A stretch of 64,000 bases of DNA, taken from Zygnema circumcarinatum SAG 698-1b (lineage: Eukaryota; Plantae; Zygnematophyceae). Positions 51,638 through 64,000 of this stretch are shown here, piece after piece. The notes beneath the pieces are model-generated. The model was not told the DNA's origin. It saw only the letters and a list, made by a program, of their open reading frames with translations, and searched no databases. Position 1 is the stretch's first letter; each line of letters begins with the position of its first letter. A program made the translations under genes and the position numbers. Location: positions 930,001-994,000 of the forward strand of contig CM074804.1 of NCBI GenBank assembly GCA_037447605.1, given 5' to 3'.

Positions 51638-53999
51638 TTAAAGAGGCGATTCCAGTTCCTTAGCAGAGCTGAGCTGCCCTTGTTGCTGGGCTCGCAGTGT
51701 GTGCCGACGGCAAAGTCTATGTACAGTGTACCATGAGCCGCCTTTCCAGCCTAGACCGTACCTGCACTGCGGCTGACACCTGTCAGGAGGGGGGCTCAAA
51801 GTGATACCTCTCACAACGGCAAGGAGGAAGACTTTGAGATTCAGGAAATTTGCCATAAAGAGTAAACGATCCGTCTTGGGAAGAGGTTCTGGCTAATGTG
51901 GTCCGTTGAGAAGACAATTTGGCTGAAACCCTATTATTTATGCAGATGAAAGTGTCTGCCTCCTGCTGGAGGTTCTTGCATATTGAATTGTTTGCTTACT
52001 CCCTTAATCGTGCAGGAAAAAGGGCATGATTCGTGGAAAACATCGTTGAATTTCTGGTGGGTGTCAAAGAGACGAGACGACTTGTCTCGATTGGGGAATC
52101 ATCTTTCTTCCTAAAACAGCCTCCATCAAGTAGCTCTCAATTGTATTTAACAGAGAGGGATAGAGAGGGAGAGAAAGAGGGAGTGAGGGAGAGAAAGATA
52201 GAGAGAGAGAAAGCTGACCCGAGGACCAATGCAAGGCCTGCTGCAACCCCACACGTGCGGTAACTGACGGTGCCGGCAGCAGCTTGCTTAGTGAGAGCCC
52301 TCACTTGCTCCTCTTCCAAGTGGTGAACCGTTGACATCTAAAACATAAAACATGGAGGCCCGATTAGTTGAAGTTACATGATCGTATAATTTTAAAAATA
52401 CACTTGAATGCAGCCGGTTTGAAGGTTTTCCATACTTAAGTTAGGTGCAAAAAGGACGAAAGGAAGCAGGCCCAACCCTACTTCGGACGAGGAAACACAA
52501 ACTTTTGCATTACGTGCTGCTCTTGTTCATAAAAAATGAAAGTTACTTCTGGTTCTTTCTGAATGGTTTTTTTTGTCTTTTAACTCGTTCTTTTACTTGG
52601 ACGAGTCTCCTGAAAGCAAAACACACTCCAAGGCCTAGCCAAGGAGCGTCTCGATATTACCGATTGAAAAGAAGACTTAGTCAGTCAAAACTGAAGAAGC
52701 TTTCTCTGGTTTTAATCATGTGGAATTCGAAACTTCACTTTCATCCATCCACTCACCGCATGCTCAATAGATTTCAGCCGCTCCTCCAGCTTCTGCTGGT
52801 GGATCTGACGAGCGGTGTATCCTGCACAAGCATCATACCATGCGAAATGAAATCCTCGGCCAAAAATATCAAGTGCTTTCAAACTTAATGGACCTTTTAA
52901 AGAACGAAACTCCTCCTTCTGAAACTCCTCTTCAACTTGATTCAAGCTATAGGGCTTGTTAACTCCAGGTAATGTATACATTACCTTCTACCAACAAACA
53001 TGGCAATCGATTCTACGCTTTCAAGGATGACCGCCTGCGCAAAGAGGAGCACTTGCTCTCCTTTGAATACAGAGATTTAAGAATATGTAGGGTTTTACCG
53101 GCCCATGCAGCACCGGCCGAGGCAAGAGAAGCTGCAATTGTGAACACCACCCGATGGCGCTCAAATGCGTCCTGCCAACCGCACTTCCCTATGGTTTAGG
53201 GTTCAAGCCTTGCAGGCTGAGTATTCAGTGCTTATAGGTCTCCAGGATTCACTGTCAACACAAAGAACCCGTTCAAACTTTGGTTCCAAGCAGCCAACGA
53301 TCATGGCATGCGCATACTTAAGAAACCTTCTCAAAATGCTCCCTCGATTTTCACTACGATCAGATTAATTGAAACTAGCACGAACATCATAAATTTTACA
53401 TTATAGCGATTTTACGCTTTTTCCAGGCATTAAAAAGCAGTCCACAACGCCATCATTCGTTTAGAACTAGCGTGAAGTTCTTCCGACGTTTGCAGTGTCT
53501 CGGAGGGTTTGCATGAAAGGGTTTCTTGCTCCTGTACTTGTGAACTACGTCTAGAGCGATTTAAACTGTAGTGATTTCTACAATAGTTAGAGCACTTCAA
53601 GCTTCAGATAGTCGCAGAATTCATGACTTACGTACAAGATTTAGATTTTTGCGGGTTGCTAGGGTATGCAGGAGTTGCAGGGTCTCATGGGCATTTCAGG
53701 ATTTAAGGTTATTAGGTTTCTGTGCTTTTTCTAGGATTTTCAGACATTTTAAGGATCAAGGCCATTCAGAATACTGAGAATCTCTAAGGTCCTCAAATAA
53801 TCAGAGGCTATTAAGAGTTTCCAGAGCCTTCAAATTTCTCAAGGGTTCAGGGGTTTTTAAATCGCCAAGCGGTATTCAGATATTCAGATTCCCTCCCGCA
53901 TTTAGAATTTCCCGGCCATCAACCGCCATTGCGGGAGCTCACTTTGGTCGCCAGCAGAGTCTCAGAGGCGGCTTTGGAGGCGCTGGCGGCCGCCGCCAT
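51638..53999 (-). CDS. conserved plant transmembrane protein of unknown function; multi-exon
   Basis: Spliced DAFERHRVVFTIAASLASAGAAWAG|YTARQIHQQKLEERLKSIEHA|...LALVLG|YGLGWKGGSWY resembles a land-plant family I recall as FERH...GYGLGWRGGxWY (At2g41945-like). Confidence 0.75.
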
Positions 54000-54760
54000 G
54001 GCGGCCGCATGGCCGGCCCTGAACCCTCGGAGGCTGCGCATGGGGCGGCGAGGGGCTAGGGAGGCGGCCGGGGTTCAGGGGCAGGCCAATTGCCGTACGG
54101 CCCGTGGGGAAGGTCCAGGGGGGAATCCGAATGACCGTACGACTAAAGCCGTCAGATCCTACTACAGAATCTGACGTGCCTTTTTTAGATCCGCCAACCA
54201 GGCAAAAGGTTACTACCGACCTCATCTGGCGGGAGGGAATGGGGTTACGACAAAATAGAAAGATTTATGTCGCATCCCATTGGGACTTTCAGATTCTAAA
54301 ATCAGAAAGATACAATCGAATGTACGATGTCGCTGCAGATAAGGACCTCGACATCCGGACGCGTGGGCCCTCTGACCACGTAGGCGCGGGTGGTGCTGAG
54401 CTGGACCCACTGGGAGGGCGCAGGTAGGGAGAGCGTGCATACGTGGACGAATCAGAGCTGACCAACGTTTGCTTTTTGACACGTGGCGGCCTCCGATTGA
54501 TCATTTGTTAGTGACCTTGCTGAAGTAACGGTACATTGGAATCTTGCCGCGGTCCAAAAAGGCGGCGGCCGCCGCCACGTCATCATATGACCGACAAAAA
54601 ACGCCGAGTCACCGAGTCAATCCAGCCACCACTGTCCGTACACGTCGCATGCGGCCGTACGTGCGCCTCTGGATAAGGGACTTGGGCTTAAGGATGTACA
54701 TTTGTCCGTACAAGCGACTTTTCGGGATTAGATTTCTAATATCTAAATGTTTCAGGATTA

Positions 54761-54885
54761 TAAAACGCTTTTAGAACGGCCAGTGAAGTTGAACACCGCC
54801 AACTTGAATGGGCTGCGCTGACCGTACAGTTCTTCTGTATGATCGTACAGACGTACGACTGTCCGGCCATTCTAAAAGCGTTTCA
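54761..54885. mobile_element. small hairpin MITE, possibly Tc1/mariner type
   Basis: 21-bp TIRs TAAAACGCTTTTAGAACGGCC / GGCCATTCTAAAAGCGTTTCA (2 mismatches), flanked by TA on both sides. Confidence 0.5.
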
Positions 54886-56208
54886 TAAACCGGCCTGACT
54901 TATAGAATTTTTTATTTTAGTTCTAATACACAACCCTGCGTTCCTAACGTACATCCATCCCCACTTGGGCTGCGTCAGTTTCCCGTTTCTGTACGCCACT
55001 CTGCCGTACGTGCTTACTATGTACGGCAGCTGGCGGAGCATGCCGACGGCCAGAACTGTCGGCCGGCAACCGTACAGCATTTCGCCATGGCAGCCGTCAA
55101 GCAGGGGCAGCAGCCCGCACGCTCGCACGGACACCCAGGACCGACACGTGGTCGGTCGAGGGCAGAAACTGTACGGGCAGCCGCGCCGTCGACTGCGAGC
55201 GGTTGGGTTCTGGACAGTCCATCCAACCGACTGTACGTGACGCGACACATCTGAGCGATCTGATTGGTCCGCCGCGCTGCCCGCGAAAGGTTCTGACTTC
55301 TGAGCCCTGGGCCCGCCGCCGTTTTCCGCGTCCTAAAGGCTCGTACGGACCGCAAAACCCTCCGACGATCCGCCGCCGACCATTTTTCGTCGCTTGCCGC
55401 CCGCAATATAACGACAAAATTCTGCCGCCCGCCGTACGCATCACTTCCATGAACACCTGTCCGTTCGTACATCCAACTTGACAGGTCGCCCAATCGGCAC
55501 GAGGGTCCTGTGTCGGTGATTTTGTCTCTACGGGGGGAGGCCCATCTGGAGAGGGCACTAATTGGACGGGGATACCGAGTCACTGGCGAAGTATCCGGCA
55601 GAAATTCCGGAAGTATCGCAGATACCTGCCACGTGGCGTTTTTGTGTACGGTATCGACAGATGTGGTCGGTGAACTCTGAAGCGGCGACTTCCATCGTAA
55701 AAGCTCCGTCCGACCTATCAATACGACAAAGCAGCGTCAACATTCGAGCCCGGTCAACTTGTACCCGAAAACAACTCGAAATAAATACACAAACTGAGCG
55801 TAAAACATTTCCCAAGTAAAGTATATCCGTCGTGGCACCATTCCATTGGCGAAAACTTTCTAAATATATTTTTTTACCAATAGAAATATTTCAGTGACCA
55901 TTTAGCAAGCTAAAACTTCCGCAAAAACCTTTCCTTCCTGTCCGTTTTGTCTGCCCGCTTTAGCAAGGCTGTCAGGCGGCCGCCCGCCCACTGGCCCCCC
56001 ATAACGAACGTTTCCGCGAGGTCACGCCGTACCGTACGAACGCGGCGACCGATTCGACCCTTTTTGGGAATCTGTACCTGCCGTACCCGCGCTGTACTTT
56101 CAGCGAGCAGCCGTCCGTACAGCACGGCCACGCGCGGCACCGTGCGGCCCGGCGATCCGCAAGAGCCGCTTCACCCGCGCGCCAGAGCGAGGCTGCCCTT
56201 CAGTCGCC

Positions 56209-59200
56209 ATGGCTCCCTCTCGTTCTCCCTCTCTCTCTCCCTCTCCCTCTCGCTCTCCCTCTCCCTCTCCCTCTCGCTCTCCCTCTCCATATTCATCTCC
56301 CTCTCCCTCTCCTTCGTACTCTCCCCCTTTATCCCCCTCTCGCTCTCTCTACATTCCCATCTATCGTGCTTCTTCTCCTCCTATCGCACCCCCTACCTCG
56401 CTCTCGCCTTCTTTCCCCGTATCTCTCTTACCCATGGCCCTTCACGCTTCCCCTGACCTCAATTCTTCCATTGCCCCTCCTACAAATTCTCCTCCTCCAG
56501 GGCTTCGTGCCTCTTTCTCTCTCTCTCGTCCCGCGCCTTCCCCCCCCTCGACCGCACTCTTTCCACCTGATCCCAGACATTCCATGGCCTCTTCCTCTCC
56601 CCCTGCTCCGCTCTCTCCCTCTTCCTCTTCCTCTCCTTCTGTTGCTGTATCGCCCCCTACGCCTCTCTCTCCCTCTTCTCCCGCGTTACCCTCCCCCATG
56701 GCCACTCACTATTTCCCTGAGCTTGAATTACCCACGTCTCCCTCTCCCTCTCCCTCTCACTCTCCCTCTCCCGCCCTGACCTCCGCCAACTCCTCGCCCT
56801 ATCACCCCTCCATACCTTCCTCCCTTCCTTTTTCAAGAGACGCCACTATCTCTTCTTCCCCCTCCCGCCCCTCCCCCTCCCCCTCTTCCCTCCCTCCCTC
56901 CTTCCCTCCCCCCTCCCCCTCCCCCTCCTCCCCTCTCTCCCTCCCCTCCCCTCCCTCCCACCTCCGCCATCCCTTAAGCCTCCGCGAGGCGGCTGCGAGG
57001 CTGCGCCGCCTCCTCCTCGGCCTCCTCCCCTCCGAGATTCGCTCCGAGTGGCGCAAGGGTTCAGGGTCGGCGTCCTCCAAAACCCCAAAGTCCCGACACG
57101 CGGCGCAGGCCCCCCTGGCAGAGCCCCGTGGGACACGTGTCAGAGCCCCATTGAAGGCCGGGCGGTCTCCCACGTGTGAGCGGGAGAGGAGCATTGAGGA
57201 GCTGCGGAGACACGTGGCGCGCAGGCGGTCCTGGTGCGGATATGACTGCGGGAAGGAGGGGAGTAAGGGGGTTGGGGAGGGAGGGAGGGATGGAGAGGGA
57301 GGGAGAGGGGAGGAGGCAGAGGGAGGTGTCGGAAGGGAGGAAGGGGGGGAAAGGGATAGGAGTAGGGATCGAGAGGGAAAAGGAGAGAGAGAGGGAGAGG
57401 ATGCTGATGTGGCGGAGCATGAGTTCTTGCCGTGGAGGAGAGTGTTTGAAGTGCGGCCCTCGAGGTCGAGAACACGCTCTCCGCGCGTTGTTATGGCGGG
57501 TGAGTTCTATTGAAGTGAGGCATTGCAAGTGTCCATATAGTAAAGCTCCTCGCCTTTTGTATAGCGGCTCTGTAGTCTTTGAAGCTCCCTTCTTCTTGCA
57601 AGGAAGAGGAATCAGGCGGAGTTGGGAGTTGCATACCGCCAAATTTTGGAAAGAGTTCAAGGAAACAAGCCGGAATCTGAATGAGAAGTTTGCAAGCACA
57701 TGAATTGGAAGGACTGTTCTTATGTGTAAACAGCTCCTGTCAACGAGTTCCACGATCTCCTTTTCTTTTCTTTCCTTTTGAAGGAGCGAGAAGATGGTAG
57801 TGGTAGTAGTAGCAGGAACCCTCTCTCTCCCTCCCTGAAGCTTGCTGACTGCCAATGAATGGGGCCGTGCATGGCAGACAATCCCATCTTTGTGAGCACC
57901 GCTCCCCCCACTCCCTCCCGCGAGGAGGGCCCTCCCTTCATCGTCAGCAGACGGCTTCACTCATCGCGATTGGTGTGGCCCGAAGAGAGCGCCATGACTG
58001 CAAAGGAATTCAAGCGAGGTAAGGCCTCAAAAGGCATTTTTTTTTTTTTTTTTTTCACTTTTTATCTTTTCTTTTCCTTTTTTCTTGTTAGCTTTTCCTC
58101 GCTCCGCTGCAGGGAGTGAAGGATAGACATGGAGGTGTCTTTTAGGTCGTGGTTTCCAGGTCGAACGTAGGTCTGAATAGGTTTAAAAAGAAGGGCAGTC
58201 TTCTGAGAAAGGGAGAGAGGAATCAGGGAAGAGGGGAGGATGAGGATGAGGGAAAACGAGAGGAAAGTGAACGGACGTGAGGAGACGGCGGGAAGAGAGG
58301 GGAGAGATACAGGGGGAGAGAGGGGGAGAGAGAGCTTAGAGACGGGTTGGAGAGATGGGAGAGGGAGAGAGACAGATAGTGAGAGAGAGAGAGAGAGGGG
58401 GAGGGGCAGAGGGGGAGGGGGGAGTTGGGGGAGAGACGGACAAGGTGGGGGGAAATAGGGAGAGCGGGGAAGGGGGGAGATAGGGGAGAGGAGTCGATGG
58501 GGGGCAGGGACGAGAGAGCGGTAGAGTGCGAGAGGGCCGCGAAGGCTAGAGGGAGCGCGCGAGGGAGAGAGAGAGAGAGAGAGAGAGCGCGAGTTGATCC
58601 CTGACAGAGAACGCAAGCTTTGAGGGATGCAGTGGTGCGCGAAGCCTGCAGCGACCGGCAGTTGGAGGCGGCGCGTGCGCGTATCCGGCGGGCCGCTCTG
58701 AGGGCCTTTATGGCGCAGCAGAGGGAGGTGGTCCTCTGCGAGAGGGCGGGGCACGCGCCGGTCCCGCCATGGGGCTGCGACTGCGGGGGGGGGTGGGAGG
58801 CCCTCAGGAGGAGGCAGGCGGGGGGGGGGGAGGGAGGGCGACGTTAGGGTTAGGGTTAGGGTTAGGGTTCATCCATCGTCGCATGATGAAAGGGAGAGAG
58901 GGAGAGAGAGGGAGGGAGAGAGAGGAGAGAGAGAGACGCTCTGAGCGCGTACGCTCGTCTTATCAGGATGGCGCGAAAGGAGGACTAGACTCTGAGACGG
59001 GGAGTTTCGGCCGGGGACTTCCAAAGTCTGCAGATTTCAGGTCCTGAAGAAATCCCGCTTCAAAGGTTGAGAGTCGTGTTCTGAGCTTATTTTTGCCGAT
59101 TCATGTAACAGTATTTAGCAGAACAGGAGAAATAATGGGGAGGGAGAGACGCTGGTGCAACGAAGTGAAGAACGTGAGAAGATATTGACTCAGATCGCAA

Positions 59201-60870
59201 CAAGTGGAGCTGGCGCGTCTATCGCCCCGTCCTTTATTCTTTTTATTCCTAAGATCCTGCATTGATCCGTTCCTTCATTCCTGAGTCGCAGACGAAGCCA
59301 AATCTCCTTCAAGCAGGTGCCACGTGTTCATACCGGCGGGGATTGGAGAACTTGCGCTTCCTTGAAGACTTCACTCGGAGTTTGAGGAGGAACCACGAGG
59401 ACGCACTCCTCTCTGAGGCGAAGCTCGAAGGTGGCACAAGTTGATGTAAAGCATAAGTTTCGCCCTGCTCTCAGGCACCGCTTCCTGCTTCCTAACAGGC
59501 AGATGCTTCCAGCTTTAGATGGCCCTCGTTTTTCAAATTGAAGAAGCAGAGCGCTGTAGCTTTTCAACTGGTTCGCATGTACATCCCAATAACTTATTGA
59601 CCGCACAGAAATAGGAAGCAGTGCTGTACGCAAAAAAAAAGAAAAAACTCTTTCTGCAAGACGAGAGAATTGGTGGCCTGCTGAACTCTTCAGAGAGAGC
59701 ATCTGTTTCAGTCAAGCAGTTTCTTTTAAAAGGGAAGCGCTAAAACCCTTCACCATGCATGCTTGCCATCCCATCATGTTCCTGAATGCCCACGTGCCTG
59801 CATGCGTCTACGTATGTATGTGTCAAGCTTTTGCAGGATTTGATTTTGGCTTCAAGCTCATTAGACGGCTTATTTATGGGGCTTCTTGTTGTATCTCAAT
59901 TATTCAATGTTGTCTATACCAGTCTGGTACGGTAACGGATTTCATGCAGAGGATGATGTGACATGAACTACAAGATGTTGATGATATGACAGGAGGTCTG
60001 CTTCGTGTGTAACGAGCCGCATGGTTGAAAGCCGTTGAGGGCACACCCTGTCTCGCATGGTCCAATCACAGCTTGACATCAGACAATAGTGCACACATGG
60101 TTTAAATGGTGTCATCGAAGTTATATCCTTGAATGGAGAGGAAGCCTTGAGCTGTTCCTGGCTAGCCCGAGAACAGTTGGACATCAATAAAAGATGCGTG
60201 TGTTGGTATGTTTGGTTGTGTGCCCACGTCGAGAGGGAGAGGGAGAGGGCAAAGGCTAGTGCAAAAACAGACGTTTCCATAGTGTTGCAATGCATGGTTA
60301 TGCATGCGTACCAAGAACTGGCAATCATCCCATCGAATCAGAAGCTCGTCATGGCGGAGAGGGGAATCTTTTCGGCTCTCTCAACAACTCGTGCAGAAAC
60401 AGCTGAATTTGGTCAACAAAATCTGCAAAAAGACCTCAGAATTCGCATTCAACGTTTCACCTCCGGATGCCTTCAGGGTACCAAAATGAACGGAAGCTGT
60501 CCAAACAGTCCTATTGAAACCGACTCCCCATTGCTTCAGATAGATGGTTTTTTCTGAGCCCCTGGACCACGGAGCCGGCAGCACACCCACCTCTGCACAA
60601 GTGTACTGTGAGTAGGTGATTTCAAACCCCCGCCTCTTCTGCAGCTCTCTGCATCCATTGTTCCATCCCCAGGAATTGCTGAAGAAGTACATTGCACATT
60701 GTCACAATTTACAACCGGAAAACATGTACTACAGACCCAATGCAGTGGTCTCTGGACAAGCTACTGCCAAATTAAGGTTTGCCCAAGATACTTGGAAACC
60801 TATATCACTGCTAAATGTTGGTAGAGGAACTGTCCCTAACCGCTGCTTCCACACTAAAAGCGCATAATCT
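56209..60870 (+). CDS. uncharacterised multi-exon protein with a long Ser/Pro-rich N-terminus; 3' structure uncertain
   Basis: Long first exon ending at a GTGAG donor (~57499), followed by open GT-AG exons (DNPIFVS...KEFKR; VVREACSDRQLEAARARIRRAALRAFMAQQRE); no family recognised. Confidence 0.45.
58843..58869 (+). repeat. short intronic (TTAGGG)4 array
   Basis: GTTAGGGTTAGGGTTAGGGTTAGGGTT. Confidence 0.9.
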
Positions 60871-60879
60871 CTTTACCTT

Positions 60880-62207
60880 CTACAGGTCCGGTTTAGCTCC
60901 CCAGTTGTCATCTTCATCAACATGTGCAGGCTCTGCCGAAGCTTCTCCTCGGGAATCGTTGGGACGGAAGGGCCGGCCTGCCCCGTTAGATGGCCGCCTG
61001 CACCATGAAAATGAACATTTAAAAAAGCCATCACGAGCAGGATTTCTGAAGCTAGGGTTAGGGTTTCGAGGCGCGAGACAGAGCAAAACTAAGGATAACG
61101 AGGGAATAAGTCACATTCAATCATTTCTCCCAATTCACGAAAGTCTTCACTTCCCAGCAGTCGGTCGATGATGTTTCAACTCTCCAACAAAATAACGAAT
61201 CATTGCTTCAATTTCCCGACAAGTACGAGAACGAGGAAGCGTCATTGCATGATGAATTTTCCGTGGTGGACGAGATTTCCGATTTTTGCACGAAGCTATA
61301 TCTATAGTATAATTCCTCCCACTGAATAGCCGATGCTAACACACGGCGTATGGAATCGTTTGCTTTGGGACATCCAGTGCGAATCATCATCAACTTCAAC
61401 ATACCGCAACGTTTTGGTACGTGCGTCACTGGCAAAGTAAGGGCCAGCTGAGACTGGTTCTATGTTGAAGCCCCGCTAGCGCATAGAACCCCGGTCTCGA
61501 CCCCATTCACTAAGACAGCTTTTCCTGTGTTGGTTTTCACTGTTTGGCTTTCACAGCAGACGTCCCAATTCTCTCTCGAAAAAAATTCTGAACCTGAGCT
61601 CTTGCAGATGCTTGCGTATTACAACAAAACGAATACCAAATGACCACCAAGGGCCAGAAACGCGTCTCCTCACACGCGTCTTGTATAAACACGTACATGA
61701 ATGCATTGCATTCCGTGAGGATTACATTCAATTGAAACAACAAATGCAAATTTCTGAGGAAGTAACTCACGAGCGTCTGCGGGCCAGAGCGCGCTCCTTC
61801 TGCTTGCGCTTTATTATGTCCTGCTTCTGCTCGTGGAAGCGGCGCCTCTGGCACTCTCCAATCACATTCGCCTCCGAAACCGCGCGCCGGAACTTGCGCA
61901 CAACGGCCTCCGAGGCCTCGTTATCCTCCACGTCGATCTGCACATTGTAGGGGCCACGGAACCACATGATATTCGCATAGGCGGCAGAGGGGTCCAGGGC
62001 GAGCCTGGCGACCCGTTGCGGCTCCATCGAGCTCGGAATCGCCGGAAGAAAGGTTGGGCTAGGGTTTTGAGGAGAGGAGGAGGAGGAGGGGGAGGGGGAG
62101 GAGGACGAAGAGCAGAGGGGCCTGAGAGAGGGGATCACGCCCGACCCGACTCTGACAGCCGCTACAGCGTGCATGGCCATGGCTGCCGGAAAGCGAGAGG
62201 CTGCCAC
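60880..62207 (-). CDS. RPS21: plastid 30S ribosomal protein bS21c (exons 62207-~61771 and ~61003-60880)
   Basis: Transit peptide, then AYANIMWFRGPYNVQIDVEDNE...KFRRAVSEANVIGECQRRRFHE; last exon ends EDDNWGAKPDL* as in plant bS21c. Confidence 0.88.
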
Positions 62208-64000
62208 GTGTCACAGAAGAAAGAAGGCCTTCTCCCTTCTCTTTCCTCTGCTGTCTTTAGGGTTTGAGACTGGCAGGCTCCGCTCGACGATGATTTATGA
62301 CCGTCCGATGTCCTATCGACGGCTGCGATTGCCTCCAGTGCTTGCTTTGGCTCGCGCCCTTTCCTTCTGGATATGGCAGTTCTATGCGGCAGGTCGACTC
62401 GGGATTGGAAATGTTCGAGCATGAACAAAAACCGTCCGATGGACAGATCGGACGGTCAAAAGCGAATGCACGCTCAGAAAGCTTGTTGGGGAGCTCGGAG
62501 GTGCCTTTAGGGCTGGGCCCGAACGGCCGTTGCTGGGAGCCATCCGACGGCGGAGATGCGCTCATTCATCACACGGCATCATCCGACGGTGGTGAGGTCA
62601 TCCGCGGGGGTCATTTGGCCATGAACGATGATACGTCGCTAAGGACAGAAGGGTCATCTAACGGCGCAGACACGTCCGTGGTAGAACCGTTCACCATCCA
62701 ACGGTGCAGATGCAAGCCTGCGTTTCGGCGTGGCTGCTCGGAGTGGGGATGTGCGCATGTGAATGGAGCAACACAAAACTAGACTTTGGAGAGCTGCCAC
62801 TTATCACTCGCATGTATTGGGGGGGTAATTAGGGCAGCGTTTGTACCACTAACACAGCATGAGAAGTGGGAAATTCAACACTGAATCTAGTTGAGACCCA
62901 TTGACATTGGAATGATTTCCGAAACTGCTTGACGCCCTACCAGGGAGACTATAGTACAAGCTGCTTGTGTCTTAAACAGAGAAGGACAATAACAACCTGA
63001 AATGTTCAGACACCATGGTCCTACATGAGTTCGTCTCATCCCTACTGTAAGACAGCCACGTGTCACCCCCCCAATGAAAATGGACGATGTTGGAGGACCC
63101 ACTCCTCCAACTTAAACACCGGCCATGCAGCTACATGCAAGCCCATGCGGCCCCATACAAGGACTTAGCCATGCTCATGGCTCCCTCCCAGCACACACCA
63201 TTAGGATTTTATGGTTTCCGCAAGCAGCAGAACTAAAGGGGAGACGCACACACTGAGGAACCGCTAAGACGGCTCCGCTCTTATGTTTTTGCAAAGATAT
63301 TGACAAATTTCTTCTGTCTTTTAAAGTACAGACTAGGAAGCAAACGGCTGATAATGAAATGGACCCCAATGTTCGACAGCCTAAACTCTGATTTCTGGCG
63401 CCATGTACACGCAGACACACACGGGAGGAGAGGCCCCACAATGTATCCCCGAATTAGAGAGGAGGTGGGAGGGACACATGGTTGGACCTTTTAGGGAGGG
63501 ACAGGCAGCTCTCCTGCTCATCTATTCACACGGGCAGTCTGTCCAAGACCTAAACTATTCGAAAAGAAGTTGCAGAATAGAAGAAGAAGAAAGAAAAAAG
63601 GAACCTAATTGCACCCATTCTCAGCAGACCTAATTCTCCACTAATCCAGTCAAGACGCTACTCTAGACGAAATTGAGACCGCCAAAATGCTTCCTCTCCC
63701 TGCATCCCTGCTGCCCCCTTTACCGCCATCCGGTCCCAGCCCCTGCACCAGGCTGATGGTGCTTCAGTGCTCCCTGGAATATCTCCGCACCTCCCTCGGC
63801 CTCTTTCCGTTTTGCCCCCGCAGTAGACACTTGTTTATAAGCTCTCATATGCTCTACCAGCCATGCAGTCCCCCCAGGACTCCCCCCTCCTCCCGCTCCG
63901 CCATGGCCCAAATCTAAGTTCCTTGGAACCCCCATCATCCCCCCACTTCCCAATGCTCCTCCCAGCACAGCAGCTGCCTGAGGGCCTCCCACAGGCCCCC

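Noticed and set aside
52972-53199. Paired divergent ORFs both starting MYTLP
   Set aside because: Artefact of a 20-bp palindrome; the real coding exons here belong to the minus-strand membrane-protein gene.
60815-61171. 118-aa + strand ORF
   Set aside because: Antisense to the last RPS21 exon.
61250-61325. Possible C/D snoRNA (ATGATGA...CTGA) on the + strand
   Set aside because: Weak terminal stem, no recognisable guide, and antisense to the RPS21 intron.
62887-64000. 3' part of a minus-strand gene entering from beyond the window (possible end KEICQYLCKNIRAEPS*)
   Set aside because: Splice-like signals are present, but I could not build a consistent model or identify the family.

Overview
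Gene-dense eukaryotic nuclear DNA from a streptophyte, probably a streptophyte alga (inferred from SOG1-type NAC, DRP1, VTC4, LpxC and bS21c genes, spliceosomal introns and many GA/CT microsatellites). About 13 intron-containing genes are recognisable. The standout is a ~1.8 kb intronless virus-like insert at ~24450-26220, between the divergent VTC4 and PRP4 genes. It carries the 3' end of a highly divergent RNA polymerase second-largest subunit (Rpb2) and a convergent mRNA capping enzyme (guanylyltransferase + methyltransferase) broken by one frameshift. Their stop codons overlap in a shared CTAG, which points to a cytoplasmic DNA virus or linear-plasmid-like donor. Features the ORF track does not show: a minus-strand snoRNA cluster (~1.1-1.6 kb), a non-autonomous TIR element with an 8-bp TSD and ~18 palindromic subterminal repeats (P or hAT type), a MULE-type foldback element with a 9-bp TSD, an unclassified ~110-bp dispersed repeat, intronic (TTAGGG)n arrays, two GC-AG introns in one gene, and an ABRE cluster upstream of a LEA-like gene. 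All coordinates and family assignments were read by eye with no database searches; exon ends may be off by a few bases.
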